Shown in pieces: positions 1-13,700 of a stretch of DNA of 64,000 nt. The translations under genes and the position numbers were made by a program. Position 1 is the stretch's first letter. Every line of letters begins with the position of its first letter. Source of the stretch: Chiloscyllium plagiosum (Eukaryota). The DNA is taken from positions 591,805 to 655,804 of the forward strand of contig NC_057756.1 of NCBI RefSeq assembly GCF_004010195.1. Reading direction: 5' to 3'. Under the pieces are notes generated by a model that was not told where the DNA came from, made no database searches, and worked only from the letters and a program-made list of their open reading frames with translations.

Positions 1-216
1 GCTTTTCACGCATCTGTCTCAATGTTCCACATTGATTTCTGAACGATTCTTTATCTTTTGCAGAATTGCAAAAAATGGCTCAAGATTTCGATGACTTAGG
101 TAAGTCAAGCTAACAAGCAACTGAAGAATACGCACATGTCCAAATACTTCTTCTGATATTGATGCAAATACTTCACTGACTCCTCCCACAAGTTTTGCAT
201 GGATCAACAAAATCCA
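1..216 (-). mobile_element. Gypsy (Gmr1-type) gag fragment
   Basis: ORF 19..240 WILLIHAKLVGGVSEVFASISEEVFG aligns with gag at 28153..28380 WVLLIQTKLVGRAGEIFASASEEVSG. Confidence 0.8.
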
Positions 217-3200
217 AAGGATGGGTGAAATTTGCCTCAATAGTCAACCAAATTGGCAGAGCATCAAGGTTCTCATAATGGAGCCAATAGTCCAAATTTC
301 TAATGTTTTCTGCCCAATAATAAAGCAAAATATTTTGCAGCACTGTTCCACCCCAAATCTTATGCCTTTGCTTCCATAACCTAGGAGTTCTTTTTACTCT
401 AAATAAATTTAATAATAAGACTTTATGGAAAAAGGAGAGAGGTAGAAAAATTAGTATACATTGCAATAACTAAGAAAATCATGGATAAACCAACATTCGA
501 AGTCTCGTTGAATTTGTACCAGTAATAGTTCAAAGATTTTCCTGTACAAATTGCCTAGTGTATATGCCCAAGTGTACACTAAGATAAACAAAAGAATTGG
601 CAATTTTAAGTGGTAAATTATCTATTGGGTATTCCCTGGCAGCTTATTGATAGCAAATATCCCACTTCTGCTAAAATTCAATTTATACCCAGAAATCTTA
701 CTGAAAGATTCTAAAACCCAAAGTGGAGAGAGATAAGTTCGAGGAAAATAGAAAAAGGTCATCTCCATAGAGGGGAACCTTCAACTCCATACCATGCCAG
801 AGAAGTCAGGTTGAGTCCATTGATAGAGGTTCAATTACAATGGCAAACAGCAGTGGATTCATAAAACAAGATTGCCCAGTGGAACGTTAAAGATGGAACT
901 AATCGGAATTCATGTTATTGGGCCAAACAGAGGCCAGTCATAATGCATAGAATAGTTTGATCGAAGGAGTAAATTTTTCCCTGAAGCTAAATTGCTCCTA
1001 AGAAAAAAAAAGAAATGATTGGATTCGACTCTTTCAAAGGCTTTTTGAGCATCTAAATATATCCAAGCCTCAGGACAGTGAATGGGGAAGAATTGTAAAC
1101 AATGTTAAATACCCAGCCAAGACTAAAAACGGGGTGTCTGTTGTGAATAAATCAAGTTTGATCCAAGGATATAATAGATGGAGGGATGGTTTCCAATCAT
1201 TGGACCAATAGCTTTAACAATAATTCAAAGTCAACATTTCACAGACTTACAGGATGATATCAACCACACTATAAGGGATCTTTGCCTTTCTTAAAAAGCA
1301 AAGAAATTGATGCCTGAGGTAAAGTTTGGGAAGATACCCAGAATTAACACTTCAAAAAACATCTACTGAAAGCAGAGCTAACTTTTCCCAGAATGTTTTA
1401 TAAAACTCGATTGGAAAACTATCGGATCAAGGATTTTTACCACTTTCTAGGGATCTAGTCATAGCACAAGTTCTATTAATGTGATTGTTTGTTCCAATTC
1501 CTTTGCCACATTTTGATCAATAGTAGGAATGTTAATCTTATCCAAATAAGTCTCAAAACTTTGCTGTAGCAGAAGAACATTCAGATGGATTAAGTGAAAT
1601 GTAAAATTCCTTAAAAGTCTTGTTGCTTTCTAACAGATCTGATGTGACACTTGAATTAGTCTTAATTTGTATTATTAATTGAGATGAGAACATTTGACAC
1701 AACTGATGTGCCAACAATTTAGTAGTTATTTCGCCTTGTTAATAAAATTTAGACCCAGAATGATGTAAAAGTTCAGTGGGTTATTGTGACATGACCTGGG
1801 ATATGTTTCTTTACCTACTTCTGAAGACGTAGAGATTGTGTAAAGAGAGTCTAATTGAGACTGGTGTTGTGCTAACCATAACAATTTATTTTTCCTAAAT
1901 CGATTCTGATGCGCTGCATAGGAAATTGATTCATCCCCGATGAATGCCTTCAAGGTTTCCCATGGCAAGGAAGCTGTAACATCTGGGGTTTTGTTAAGTT
2001 TAAAAAAAAATCCAGAAATGGATGTGAGCAGTCTGTCATCCACCAAAAAGAAATCAATACGTGTAAAAGTATGGTGGACATGCGAAAAAAAACATTCCTT
2101 TTAAGAGGGATTAATGACCCGCCAGGGATCAACAACATTAAACTCCTCCATAAAAGTCTTACAATATTTTAGTCGATTTGTATTGGGTACTTGGAACAGA
2201 GGAAAAATGGTCTGAGTGAGGAATCTGCCAACAGTTAAAATCTCATCCTAAGATAAACTGGTGTGAAGATAAAGCCAGTGACATTGAAATGAACCACCTG
2301 ACAAAAACCTCATCGTCCCAGTTAGGAGCAGAAACATTGGCCAAAATTACATTAATGTCAAATATCTGTCCAGTAATAATAATAAATCTGCCAGTAGAGT
2401 CAGAGATAGTTTTAGCATGGAGAAAAGGAATAGATTTATGCAATAGCATAGCAAGTACTCTAGATCTATTACAAAAGGACAAAAATACACTTGCCCAATC
2501 CAACCTCGTTTCAACTTAGGACAGTCTATATTTTTCAAGTGGGGTTCTTGTAAACAAATTATATAGGCGTAAATAATATAAAACATTACTGCATTCAATT
2601 GGGATGTTCAGGACTTTGCAATTCAGTCTGACAAATTTAATGCCCTCACCTACCAAAGGTGGTGAAGTATTGAACTGTGTCATATGTAATAATCATACGT
2701 AAAATTCCAATGTGCAATAATAGATAAAAAAGTGTAAACCTTGTAAAAGTGAGGTATGAGCAAACTCCGCCACCTCCATAACAGTATTACCTCAAAAGGA
2801 ATACCTGCCCACCAACCCCACCCCCTCCCAGCAGAAGCTCCCTCTAGATGGGTGTGTACTCTCTTCCCTCATACTACAAAAAAAAACTATCGTCTTTTGT
2901 AGCTTAAACAATCTATATGGCGACCTCGGGGAATGTCACAGTTAACTGTACAAAAGCTACAAAGCAAAAATGGTCAAAAATGTAAATGTAATAAATATAT
3001 GTACTATATATAATTAAACAATTAAATTCTACATCCTTTGGTACCAATAGAGCAACTTCTTGATAAAGTAAATCCTTGAGTAAGAAAACATGCACTTCTT
3101 GGCGAATCAAGTGTAATATAAGAAGAATGCTAAATCCAGGCCTGTGAACACAGCAATGCATCCATCTTCATCTCCACAATGGGAAATATAGCATTTATCC

Positions 3201-4265
3201 ATGATAGTATAAAGCTAATGTCTTATTGTCCAAGTTAAGCCTAACCATCAATCCGTGATCTTCAGAAGGTTTTTATTCACAAAGCCATAGCCTGACATGG
3301 GTTATCAAATGTATGAGTTAGGCTGCTCGGCAAGATAATATGTAATATCACTGGATAACGAAGGCCAAATTTAACATTAGGACACGAATGTAGCTCTTTC
3401 TTTACTTTGGCAAAAACCGCATACTGTTTAACCACAGTCAGGGTGAGATCTGGAAAAAAACGGACACTCTCTTTCCATTATATACAAGGGGAGAAGCATC
3501 ACTAGCACGGTGCAGAATGCAATTTTATTTCATTTGAAACTGGTTCACCCTTTCGACCACCGGGCGCGCGAACTCACCTTCCTTTGGTTTAGCACGCAAC
3601 ATGCGATAAGCCCTGTCCAACACGGGTTTAACCTCAAGTCTGAGCAAGTCCTGTAAAAGTTGGGCCATAAATTCTATGGAGCGAGGACCCTTTAATCCTT
3701 AAGGTAAACCGACAAATCGAATATTATTCTACCTGGAGCAGGCCTCCAATTCTTCACATTTCTTAGTCAGAGACTCAGCTGTAGCAGATAAAACACTAAC
3801 ATTAGCTTGCAGGCTAGCTTTCTGGTTATCATGCTCATTTTCTGAACATTCCAGGTCCAAATTAGTCTATCAATGTGAAGAAACATTTTCCTCCAACGGC
3901 TTCAGAGAAGTTGTTACCTCCTTTTTAACTGCCTCTGAAATTATAGATTCAAATTTAGTAATGATTTCCGCCTGCATGTCGTTAATTATGTCCTTAATAC
4001 TACGAGGCATGGCTTCATTAATATCCAGCTTCTCTCGAGAGTTGGGCTCAGGTGAATGGCGCAGCCCAGCACCACCGGACTTGGCTGACTCAATTTTTGT
4101 TGGAAAAGTTGCTATTTGAATGGATACAGGTAAAAATGGGACGTGTTTTTTTAAAAAAGCAACCAAATGGAATGTAAAGGCCGTGTAACAACTAAATGTG
4201 AGAAATCAAAATATGCAAATTTACTACATTCCCGTGGAGCGACCCCATACTACATCCAACACTGT
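217..4265 (-). mobile_element. L1-clade LINE, decayed, 3'-truncated (5'UTR, ORF1, spacer, ORF2 endonuclease and RT)
   Basis: ORF1 about 3260-4170 (coiled-coil N-terminus, NIRFVGLP, VLDRAYR, FFPDLT, FGLRYP). ORF2 from about 2683: ICLQEPH, DSTGRFIII, NVSAPN, WETLKAFI, NPLLFAIVIEPL, LYGDD, LLYYWA. Many stops and frameshifts. Confidence 0.9.
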
Positions 4266-4267
4266 CA

Positions 4268-5631
4268 TTGCCAACCTGCACTCTGAAATCTGTGTTAACA
4301 TCTGTCCCAGTATTAGCCACATGCAATTATGCAAAGCCATTCAAGGTGGCTCTCGATACGCATGATCTGGGTGTTTGTGCTGTATTCTTTCAGGAAGATG
4401 ACGTGAATCTAGAAAGATCGATTTGGCATTTCTCCAGGAAGTTGAACATTCACCAACAGAAATATCCGATAGTTGAGAATAAGTCTTTGAGATTAGTTAA
4501 AAATCGCACAACACCAGGTTATAGTTCAACAAGTTTAATTGGAAGCACTGGCTTTCAGAGCGCTGCTCCTTCATCAGGTGGCTTGAGAATAGTGTTGGTG
4601 TTACAACATTTCAATGTTTCTGTTACCAGTAATGTATCTGAAATGATCATATACACTGATCATAATCCATTGAAGTTTGTGGAGAAATTTAAGGACAAAA
4701 ATTCCAGTCCATTTAGATAGAGCTTGATGTTGCAGCCATTCAATTTGAAAATTGTGGTAGGGTACATAAACATGATTGTCGACAGGTTATCAAGACTTGG
4801 ATGGGAAACAGACCGTGCTGGACTAAAACAGACTGAAACAGCACATAGTAGTATGGGTTCGCATATAAATTGACTAGAAACCCCAATGCTTGTGGGTATT
4901 GTAGTGTACTAACAGTGTAAGATTAAAGAGTTTTAAAATGATGCCATATTTGGATATTAATGATACTTTTTTTAAAGGTTGGAGCTTCATGATGAATCTC
5001 CTTTAACAAGGTTATTTTGCCATTGGGCATTTTCACTTGGGTCATAAACACAGAGGTTCTGGAGTGTCTGATTTGGATTGGTTTTAGGGCGAATTTGATT
5101 ATAGGTAACAGATACTGCCTCGGTCAAAAAGCTTTCAACTTAAAAAAAAAGTGCCCAATGAAATGAGCTGGGCATGTTCTCCCAGCTCAGCTTCTCTCTG
5201 GTTTGGTTGGTTTGATTTTTAATGTCTTTCTCATCAGAGCTGCTGGTTAGTTTTTTTTGACGCTGCTGTTCAAAGAAATAGTTCTTTGCTCATATTCTCT
5301 CTCTTTGTCACCTCTCGTGTCAGAACCTATGATTCTACCTTGTTTACCAAGGGAGTGCTTATGGAGACTTTGCAATTATTTGTAACATTAAGTTGTGATA
5401 GACTCATTTTTAAAAAAAATATTTAAAGCATTCCATATTCTGTTCTTTTTCGTTTGTGTTTCATTTGGTTATCTTCCAAATAAATTATGCATTTTGTTTA
5501 AAACTAAGTAGATCGACCAGCTGCATCACTCCTGGAATATTCACTGTTCACCTGCTTAAAACATTTAGAAATATTAGGGTCGGAGCTACCTTCTTGAAAT
5601 GTTTTGAGGTGGTCTACCCAGGTCCATAACA
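4268..5631 (+). mobile_element. Gypsy 3' fragment: RNase H, then purine tract and 3' LTR (about 4990-5631)
   Basis: LKSVLTSVPVL..KPFKVALD..GVCAV..HFSRKLN..YTDHNPL. LTR ends ggtccataaca, like the LTR ending at 27590. No integrase after RNase H. Confidence 0.85.
4497..4582. mobile_element. 86-nt short repeat insertion (probably Penelope-derived) inside RNase H
   Basis: Flanked by TTGAGATTAG (4487-4496) and TTGAGAATAG (4583-4592); family assignment is by recall only. Confidence 0.65.
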
Positions 5632-6468
5632 GGAGTCATGGAAAGTTTGTAAATAGTTTCTCACAATGAGTACGACTGTTAAGCGTAGAGTCAGGCATTG
5701 GAGTAGCTAATAAACTGCCTTAGAACTTGCCACACAAAGCTCTAAATACAAATCTGCCAAATCCAGACACAAACCGGACCCTTCCCGAACACCAATCCCC
5801 AGACAGGCGTCATGACATACGCTCACCACTGGATTCAACACCCCCACGCTGCATCTGGGAGCAGTCAATGCCCTGTCACTGGTCCCTCACTCTTTATTGC
5901 AGCAAAACGTAACCAACCTGACCCATCTTAGGGGCCAATATCGCCTGCCCTACTGCCATTCCTGAATCTCCTTTCCTCAACATTGGATTAGACTCCTGTT
6001 CTTCTGCCATCAGATATGAACCTTCCTTTGCTGACTTCAGACCAGACACATTTTTATTCCGACCTGCAACTTTCTTCTGCCACCACTGGGCACAAATCTC
6101 CTTTCCTCTTTTCCTGTGTTGATGGAACTTCCACCACAGTCATGACTTCCCACGTTGCTGCACCTGATATGCTCAGCTGTGATGTGAGATCTATTTCCTC
6201 ACTTAGAAGCTGAATCCTTCCTTCCCTACTTCAGATTAGAATTGCCTTCTCTTGCTCTGAATCAACTCACATTATTTCACCAAAGTATGTAACATCTTCT
6301 TCATCGGCCCGGCACCTATTTCCCACTGATAGATCCAAGACATCCGCCACCTATAATCCGATGCTCTCACAGCCCCAGCAGGATTAGATTCCTGTCATGT
6401 CCTTTTGTGAACCAATACAATTTGTTCTCTCGAATCCAAATCTCCCCATCAGAACCTAGTACATTCCA

Positions 6469-7087
6469 TGTTATGGACCAAACAAAATCCCCTAAAATAT
6501 ATTAAGAAGATAGCATAGACCATTATTTTCCTGTTTTTAAAGGTAAGTGTAAGACGTTGATTGTTCAGTAAAAGTACCACTCTTGAAGCAAAACACACAC
6601 TTTTCCTACTCTACAGTTAAAACATAAACAAAATAAAGTAGAATTGGTTTAATTAAACTATTTTTGAAAACATAACAGAATAATAGGTTATTTAACCATG
6701 AAACAGCAATATTATAATATTCCACAAACACACCCTTAGCAAAGGCAAATACATAAAAATAGGTTGTCTCAGATGTACTTCTCCAGTCCCGGAAGAAAGA
6801 GCATCAAGAGACAACTCTGACAGCGAGAGAGAGAACTCAAGAATTTTATTGTAGCAGGGATCAATATATAATAGCTTCCAAATCCTAACTGCTAATGAAA
6901 GTTGAACTAAACTCCTGGTTCATTGGTAGCTTGACTCCAACCATTCAAGCTTCTTCTACTGTTTAAAAGCAAACAAGGCCTCACAAGCTTTTTACTTTAT
7001 TGGTTTGGAACAGACCACTTAGCACATCTGCCTCATTCTCTTTTTATAAAAAGAACAGGACAAAATATACCTCTTAAAATCATAATA
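6469..7087 (-). mobile_element. Solo Gypsy LTR
   Basis: Begins tgttatggacca, the reverse complement of the tggtccataaca-type LTR terminus; about 620 nt like the other LTRs here; TSD imperfect (tcca/gcca). Confidence 0.7.
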
Positions 7088-7436
7088 GCCACACACGCAC
7101 ATGTTCTGAAAAACTCTGCTGAACTCACATTCCTGCCACTTTGCACATTGACAGCCTAATTGTCTTGCAGTCTCTCTACCTATCAGTCTATCATAATATC
7201 CAGCAGAAATCCTATATGCACGCACCCACCACCAACAAATTTGGCAACTTACCCACTTGCTCACACAACAACAACATAACTGCACCTCTTGACGAGCAAA
7301 TCACTAGCATTCAATTAACATGATACATTAATGTCTACACAAGTATTATCCAGACATCCTAACTCGTTTTTCTTATGTATGTATCATTTCAGGCGTTCAC
7401 AGTTGTTGACTATGTATCTACATCTATCGTTTCCAG

Positions 7437-7505
7437 AATACCATGGCTCTCAATCTGAAAACAAAAACTGCGTTGCTGTCTTACTTTCACTGATAGTAGT
7501 ACACT
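7437..7505 (+). CDS. Candidate upstream exon (69 nt, phase 1), xYHGSQSENKNCVAVLLSLIVVH
   Basis: Acceptor tttccag|AATACC and donor CACT|gtaaga; in frame with exon 7767. Alternatively a damaged 36-nt-class exon ending near 7471. Not clearly homologous to the others. Confidence 0.25.
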
Positions 7506-7766
7506 GTAAGAGAAATGTCAGAATAGAAGCATGTGTCTGCACTGCTGAAAGAGCGATGTTTACAAATGTGGAGCTCTTTCATTATATGGAGTAGACAATG
7601 CATGTAGCTGCTTTGTCTCAGAAAATCTGTTCCAATACCTTTTTCTTCAAAGTAATTCAGCACACAGGAAGGATACTGTCACATTGATATGAACGGTGTG
7701 AAATATACTTGATTAAATTAACTTAATCATTCAAATGTTCTTTCTTTTCTTTTATTATTTTCTTAG

Positions 7767-7793
7767 ACAAAAAATTGAAGAAATGTTTGCAAG
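7767..7793 (+). CDS. 27-nt micro-exon xKKLKKCLQ
   Basis: Long pyrimidine tract, ttag|ACAAAAAATTGAAGAAATGTTTGCAAG|gtaaac; similar to exons 14700 and 16864. Confidence 0.85.
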
Positions 7794-10700
7794 GTAAACT
7801 CGAGCAGAGCTTCCATATTAACATATTGCATATGTGTTACATATTCCGATGTTTTTGAGTCCCTTCAAGTTCTTCCCATAAATAAATTGTTTCTCCTTAA
7901 TATGAAGAAGGTCGTCTTTGTGTTGAACCTCAGGAGATGTGAGGGATAGTGAATGAATATTTCACATCAGGTTTTATACTGGGGAATGAAATGGAGAGTG
8001 GAAAGCTCAGGGGAATAAATGGTATTGTGTCCAAAACATTTCACATTTACAGAAGAGGAAGTTATGGAAATCTTAGAGATTATAAAGGTTGGTAAATCTC
8101 TTGGATCTTATATTATGCATCCCAGAATGCTATGTGAAGTAAGAAGGGAAATTGTGATGCCCCTTGTAGAAGTATCTGATAATTATGAGTGAGGTGCTTG
8201 ATGACTGGAGTTTGGCTAATGTGCCTTTGTTTAAAACAGGTTTGTAAGGAGAAACCGGGAAATTATTCACCTTTGAAACTGACTTCAGTTGTGGGTGAAC
8301 TTGTTGAAGGCGATTTTAAATGATAGGATCTGTAGACATTTATAGAGGCAAAAGGTTCATTACAGATAGCCCACAGAAGTTTCTGTGAGGAATATCATGT
8401 CTTACAAACTTGAGTGAGATCTTTTGAGAACGTTACCAAATTGATGAGGGCAGATTGAGAGATGTCGTTTGCTTTGTTATTAGTAAAGCCTTCGGCAAGA
8501 TTATGCTTGGGAAACTAATTAGTAAAGTTGGTCACATGGGATTCAAGATGAGATTGCCAACTGGACACATAATTGACTTAATGCTCGGAGACAGATTGTC
8601 TGAGGGTTGCCTTTCGGACTGGAGGCCTGTAACCAGCAACGATCCACAATGGTAGTTTTTGATTCTCATTTTTTGTTCGTCATTTATATAAATAATTTAA
8701 TTGATAATATAAAAGGCATGTTCAATAGGTTTGTGGACAACACAGTAGGCAGCGAAGAGGGTTTCCTAGGATTAGGAAACAATCTAATCAAATAAGTCAA
8801 TGGCTGAAAAATGGCAGATGGATTTCAATGGAGTATTTCATTTTGGTACAATAGATAGGAGCAGGACTTATACAATTAATGGTAAGTGTTGTTGAACAGA
8901 GAGACCTACAGATTTAGGTAGATAATTCTTTGAAGTTTGCCTCACATATAGACAGGTTGGTTAAAAGGCATTTAGCAGTTTTGACTCCATTGATTAGTCC
9001 TTTGAGTTTAGGAGTTGGGAAATAATATTGAAATTGAACATTGCTGAGGCCTCTTCTGGAGTACTATGACCAGTTCTGGTCACCCAGTTATAGGAAGGCT
9101 ATTACTAAGCAAGAAATGATTTAGAAGTGGCTTACCAGGATGTTGTCATGTTTGGAAGATTTGAATTATAATTGAAGGCTGGTTAGGATGGAACTTTTTT
9201 CACTGGTCTGTATGAGTTTGGGAGGCGACCTTATAAAGGTTTATAAAATCATAGATAGGTTTAATAGATAGGTTGGTGTATTTTCCTCAGGCTGTGACAT
9301 TTTAAGATGAGTGGACATATTTTTAAGGTGAGAGGAGAGAGTTTTGAAACAGGCATGAGTGGATTATTTTTAAACAAAAGGCGTTTCATCTGTGGAGTAA
9401 ACTGCCTGAGGAAGTGATGGAGTGGGCACAATTTCAAAGTTTAAAAGACACTTAGATACATACATGAATAGAAAATGTTAGAGTGATGAGGGCCAGGAGT
9501 ATGCAGTGGTACTAGTTTAGTTTGTGAATATGACCATACACTGGTTGAACCACAGTGTCTGTTTCCACGATGAATCTATATAACCAAATATTAAATTTAG
9601 AATGACCTTTATTTTTCCATGCAATGTGGGCGACAGTGGCAAAATTGGAATATCTTGTTCATTTGAATATCTCGCTAACCTTACACAAAAGGCTAGAAAG
9701 AGTGAATCAAATGAACATAGTTTTGGAGGCAGGCCAGACAATGTGCAAATGGCTAATTTATTTCTTAAAGACAATTACGAAACAGGTGGTTTTCATAACA
9801 ATCACTGAAATAAGATCTCATTTAATTATTAATTAATTGAATTTATGTTTCACTTGGAATGTATGCCTGCAGGTCAATATTCTCTCGTTTACTAGTTCCC
9901 TGCCATTGCCACCACATTTTTACTATCAATTGCATATCACTTCTCCAATTTATTCTAATGAAATTCTGTCACACTTATTTTTTCAGAAGGCGGAGGCAAG
10001 GATAAAATTGATGGTGAGTAGAATAAAACTCTTTGTGTTGTTTGGTAGGGTTTCAGCCTCGTATGGAGAACAAGCAAAAGTAATATGTTTAGACATCCAT
10101 GTAATCTGAGATAGAACATAGACCTCGAATACACCAGTCAACTCACATGCCTCAGTAAATATGAGAGAGTTCACATTACACTCATCATCATCTATCAATC
10201 GTTGCTTATTGACAGCATCTTGGGAGCAAGCAGTGAGAATACTGCAGAAGTCACTGGATTTTCCCAAAAATTTAGTGATGCTGCTCACGACCACTTGGAA
10301 AATATGTTGTGATCAACCAGCATAATCATAAATGAACCTTTGCATTTCTTTTACTGTTTATTCTTGGGATGTGTGTATCACTGAGCTGACTGGTTTGGGA
10401 AATTAAGCCAGTGAGACTGAAGGAACAAATGTGTAATTCAATATTAAGATTGTGAATAGCTTTGAAGTATATTTGTAGATAACGTGACTGCAATGTTCCA
10501 GCTGAACTTGTCAACTTAGATGATAACAGGCTTGTGTTTGGAAGGTCCTGTCAACGTAGCCTTTGTGCATTTCTGCACCTAGTTTATTGGAGAAGGATTT
10601 GCATGCTATTCAGTTGTCTTTATTCTCTGCCGTGGAAATTGCAGATTGCAATGTTCCCTTGTACCAGTTGCCATTGTCTATCTTGACTGCAGAAACGACC

Positions 10701-13700
10701 ACAAGGCCATACGATGTTGGAGCATAAGTCGGTCATTCGGACCTTTGAATCTGATGCACCATTCAGTCTTGGCTGCAATGATTTTCTTGCTGTCTCTGCA
10801 GGAGTCTAATCAAGAAACTATCCATCTCTGCCTTAAATTCGCTCAATTGCCTTGCCCCTACAGCTCTAGTTTCACTAATTAATCAAACTCGGACTGAAGA
10901 GAGTCCTCCTCACGTCAGTCTAAAAGTTTGACTCTTCATTGTGAGGCTGTGTTTTCCGTCCTAATCTCTCCTGCTAATGGAAACATTCGCTCTAGGTCCA
11001 ATCTTTCCAGGCCTCTAAGTGTTATGCAAATTTCAATCATATCCTCCCATCCTCCTCCTAACGTCCACCGAGAACAGAACCAGAGTCTTCAACTGTTTTT
11101 CATATGACAAACCTTTCATCCCAGTGATTTATCTCATGGACTTCTTCGGATCCATTCCAAGGACAATACAGCCTTCCTTAGATACAGGTCCCAAACAATA
11201 TACCAAATGTGGTCGAACTAGAGTCTTCTACAAATTCAGCAATGCATATGTGATCTGTATTCTATAGTTCGTCATGAGTTTCTCCGAACTTGTGTTTTGA
11301 ATTTCGTGAAATGTATGTGAACATTTTAGTTGCCTTCTTAATTGCTAACTGAAACTATATTACGATTTTAAGATTATCATGAGATAGGATTTCAAAGTTC
11401 CGTTGTGCTTCCAATATCTGTCGCCTTTCCCTATCTAGAACAGAGTCTGTGCCTGAATTCTTCAGACCAAAGTGCACAACGTCACTCTTTCCGTCAGTAT
11501 TTGAAGTCTGCCACTTCCTTGACCAGGCTGGAGTATTCCTTGTGCAGCCTCCTCGATTGTTCAGTGCTATCTGCAACTCGAACAATCTTTGTATCAATCA
11601 CCAACTTAGCAATTGTCCAGATACGACTGAGATGATTTTGTTCTTCCACCAATAGCCAAATACTGAATTCTGCTTTAGACTTGGCACAGATGATTTAAGA
11701 ATCATTAATTTTTCACATGATATCATGCTCCAAATGATTTTCGCCCTGGGATTCATCATTTGTATTCCTTTCCACATAATAGCTTTATTGAGATATTGTT
11801 GTTGAAACTGCTTTCTTCACAATGCTTGTGATAACGAGCATCATATCTGAGTCACTACCAGTGGAAACGTACTTCTTGGGAATTATCTATAAGACCAATT
11901 TGTGAATACACAGACTGAGTTGATTTTAGGCTGAACTCTCAGAATACGAACTGTCATCTCCACATCTATATTATCAAACTTGCATAGTTTTAAAACCTTC
12001 TGATTTGGTCACCATTTGTTCTTTAGTTTAAAAAAAAGATAACGAACATTTTCACTTATGTAATCATTTCCGTCTCTTACTTTTCGTTTCATTCCTTTAT
12101 ACAATTTGTACGTCTTCATAAATGGTATTTTTTGGAATAGAAAATCATTTTGTCGATTCTACCGTATTAATGTAAGTACAATTTTGATTTCTGTCCTAAC
12201 AAAGTAAATTTTCTGGCTTCTAATTCTTTCCTTCCAGGAACCAAAATTGGAACTTGATATGGCTTTCAATGCCATGATCCAAAAGTCATGTTGTTTATAG
12301 ATTGATGAGACGTCATCTCCAATCTAATCTACCCTTGACATAATTTATGTGAATATTTGCCAAGATAGTTGCAGTTTTATTTGCCAATCTATTGAGTTCT
12401 TGAAACAGCAAACAATGCAATCGAATGTGAATCATCTTGTATTGTGCAGAAATATAGTAGATGAAATTTTCTATCCGATTGGAATGTGCTCTTACAGTGC
12501 ACGGAAAGGTTGTAAATAAATATGAATTGCCAATGTTTTTCAGGGCGGTACCACTGAATATTATGGTGTCGATGGAGTAGTAGTTACAACACAGTTAGAA
12601 TTATGGGTTATATGGCATAAACGTCCTTTGGCATTGTGAATCAATGGTAAATATTAAAGAAGGATATTGAAGATGCAGAGGGACCCATCAGGCTTGGCAG
12701 TATCAGTGGTGAGAGAAACAGTGTTGGTATTTCGAGCCTGGTGTAACTTTTCTTCGGAACGACTTTGTGATGTTTGTGATAATGATTCTAGGGTGGAAAA
12801 ACATTGCTCAAGCAAGGAACCCAAGTCATTCCAGTTCAAAAATTTCTTATCGTAAGGATAGTAATATAATCATTTGGTAGAATACGAAAATTGTTCATAA
12901 TATTGATGAAACCTAGCAGAAGAAAATGACATTAGGCTATGCAAATAAAATCCAAGATGATGACACACAAAACAGAATAGAGAGAACTTTGAGCATTTTT
13001 ATAAATCTTCAACACTTGTATGGAACCAGTCGGTTGAAAATTTGGAAAGAATTGGAATAAACCTTCATGGGAAAGTTTGTAAAATAAAGCACTCTTATGC
13101 CACTACTAACCAAATAGCTCCACACACTTCTGTACTGGATGAAACAATTATATTCTTTTTGTTTTTTATGCATTACCAGGCATAAAAGAAACTGCCTGTT
13201 GAAGATTCGATTCTATTTGCATTTGGCTGGATTACTTAGAAACAAATAGGTAAAAATCTTTTTGACCTTTTGACAAAGGGTCAGTTAGACTCGAAACATC
13301 GTCTCTTTTCTCTCCTTACAGATGCTGCCAGACCTGCTGAGATTTTCCAGCATTTTCTCTTTTGGTTTCAGATTCCAGCATCCGCAGTAATTTGCTTTTA
13401 TCCAGGTCAACATCTGTGTTTGATCATTACAGTGATTTGTACAACATTGCAACAGCAAGGAATGAATGCCACACAATTGCTGTTAAAGCCATGCAATTGA
13501 GAGTCGGGGAAGCTCAGCAAGTTAAGCCTTTAGGAGTCAAAGTTCCATGCAGATAAATACAAATCGAATCATTAATGAGATCTTACACGAAAAGTGCACA
13601 GTTGAACAATTGGATGTATTTGCATGTTGCGATTCAATTTCAATTTTTAAATATAGTTAGACAGTTTTACATTTTAAAATCCAGTATACCAAAATTGACC

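Noticed and set aside
5700..6460. C-rich stretch as a possible Penelope RT remnant
   Set aside because: Too degenerate to assign by eye.
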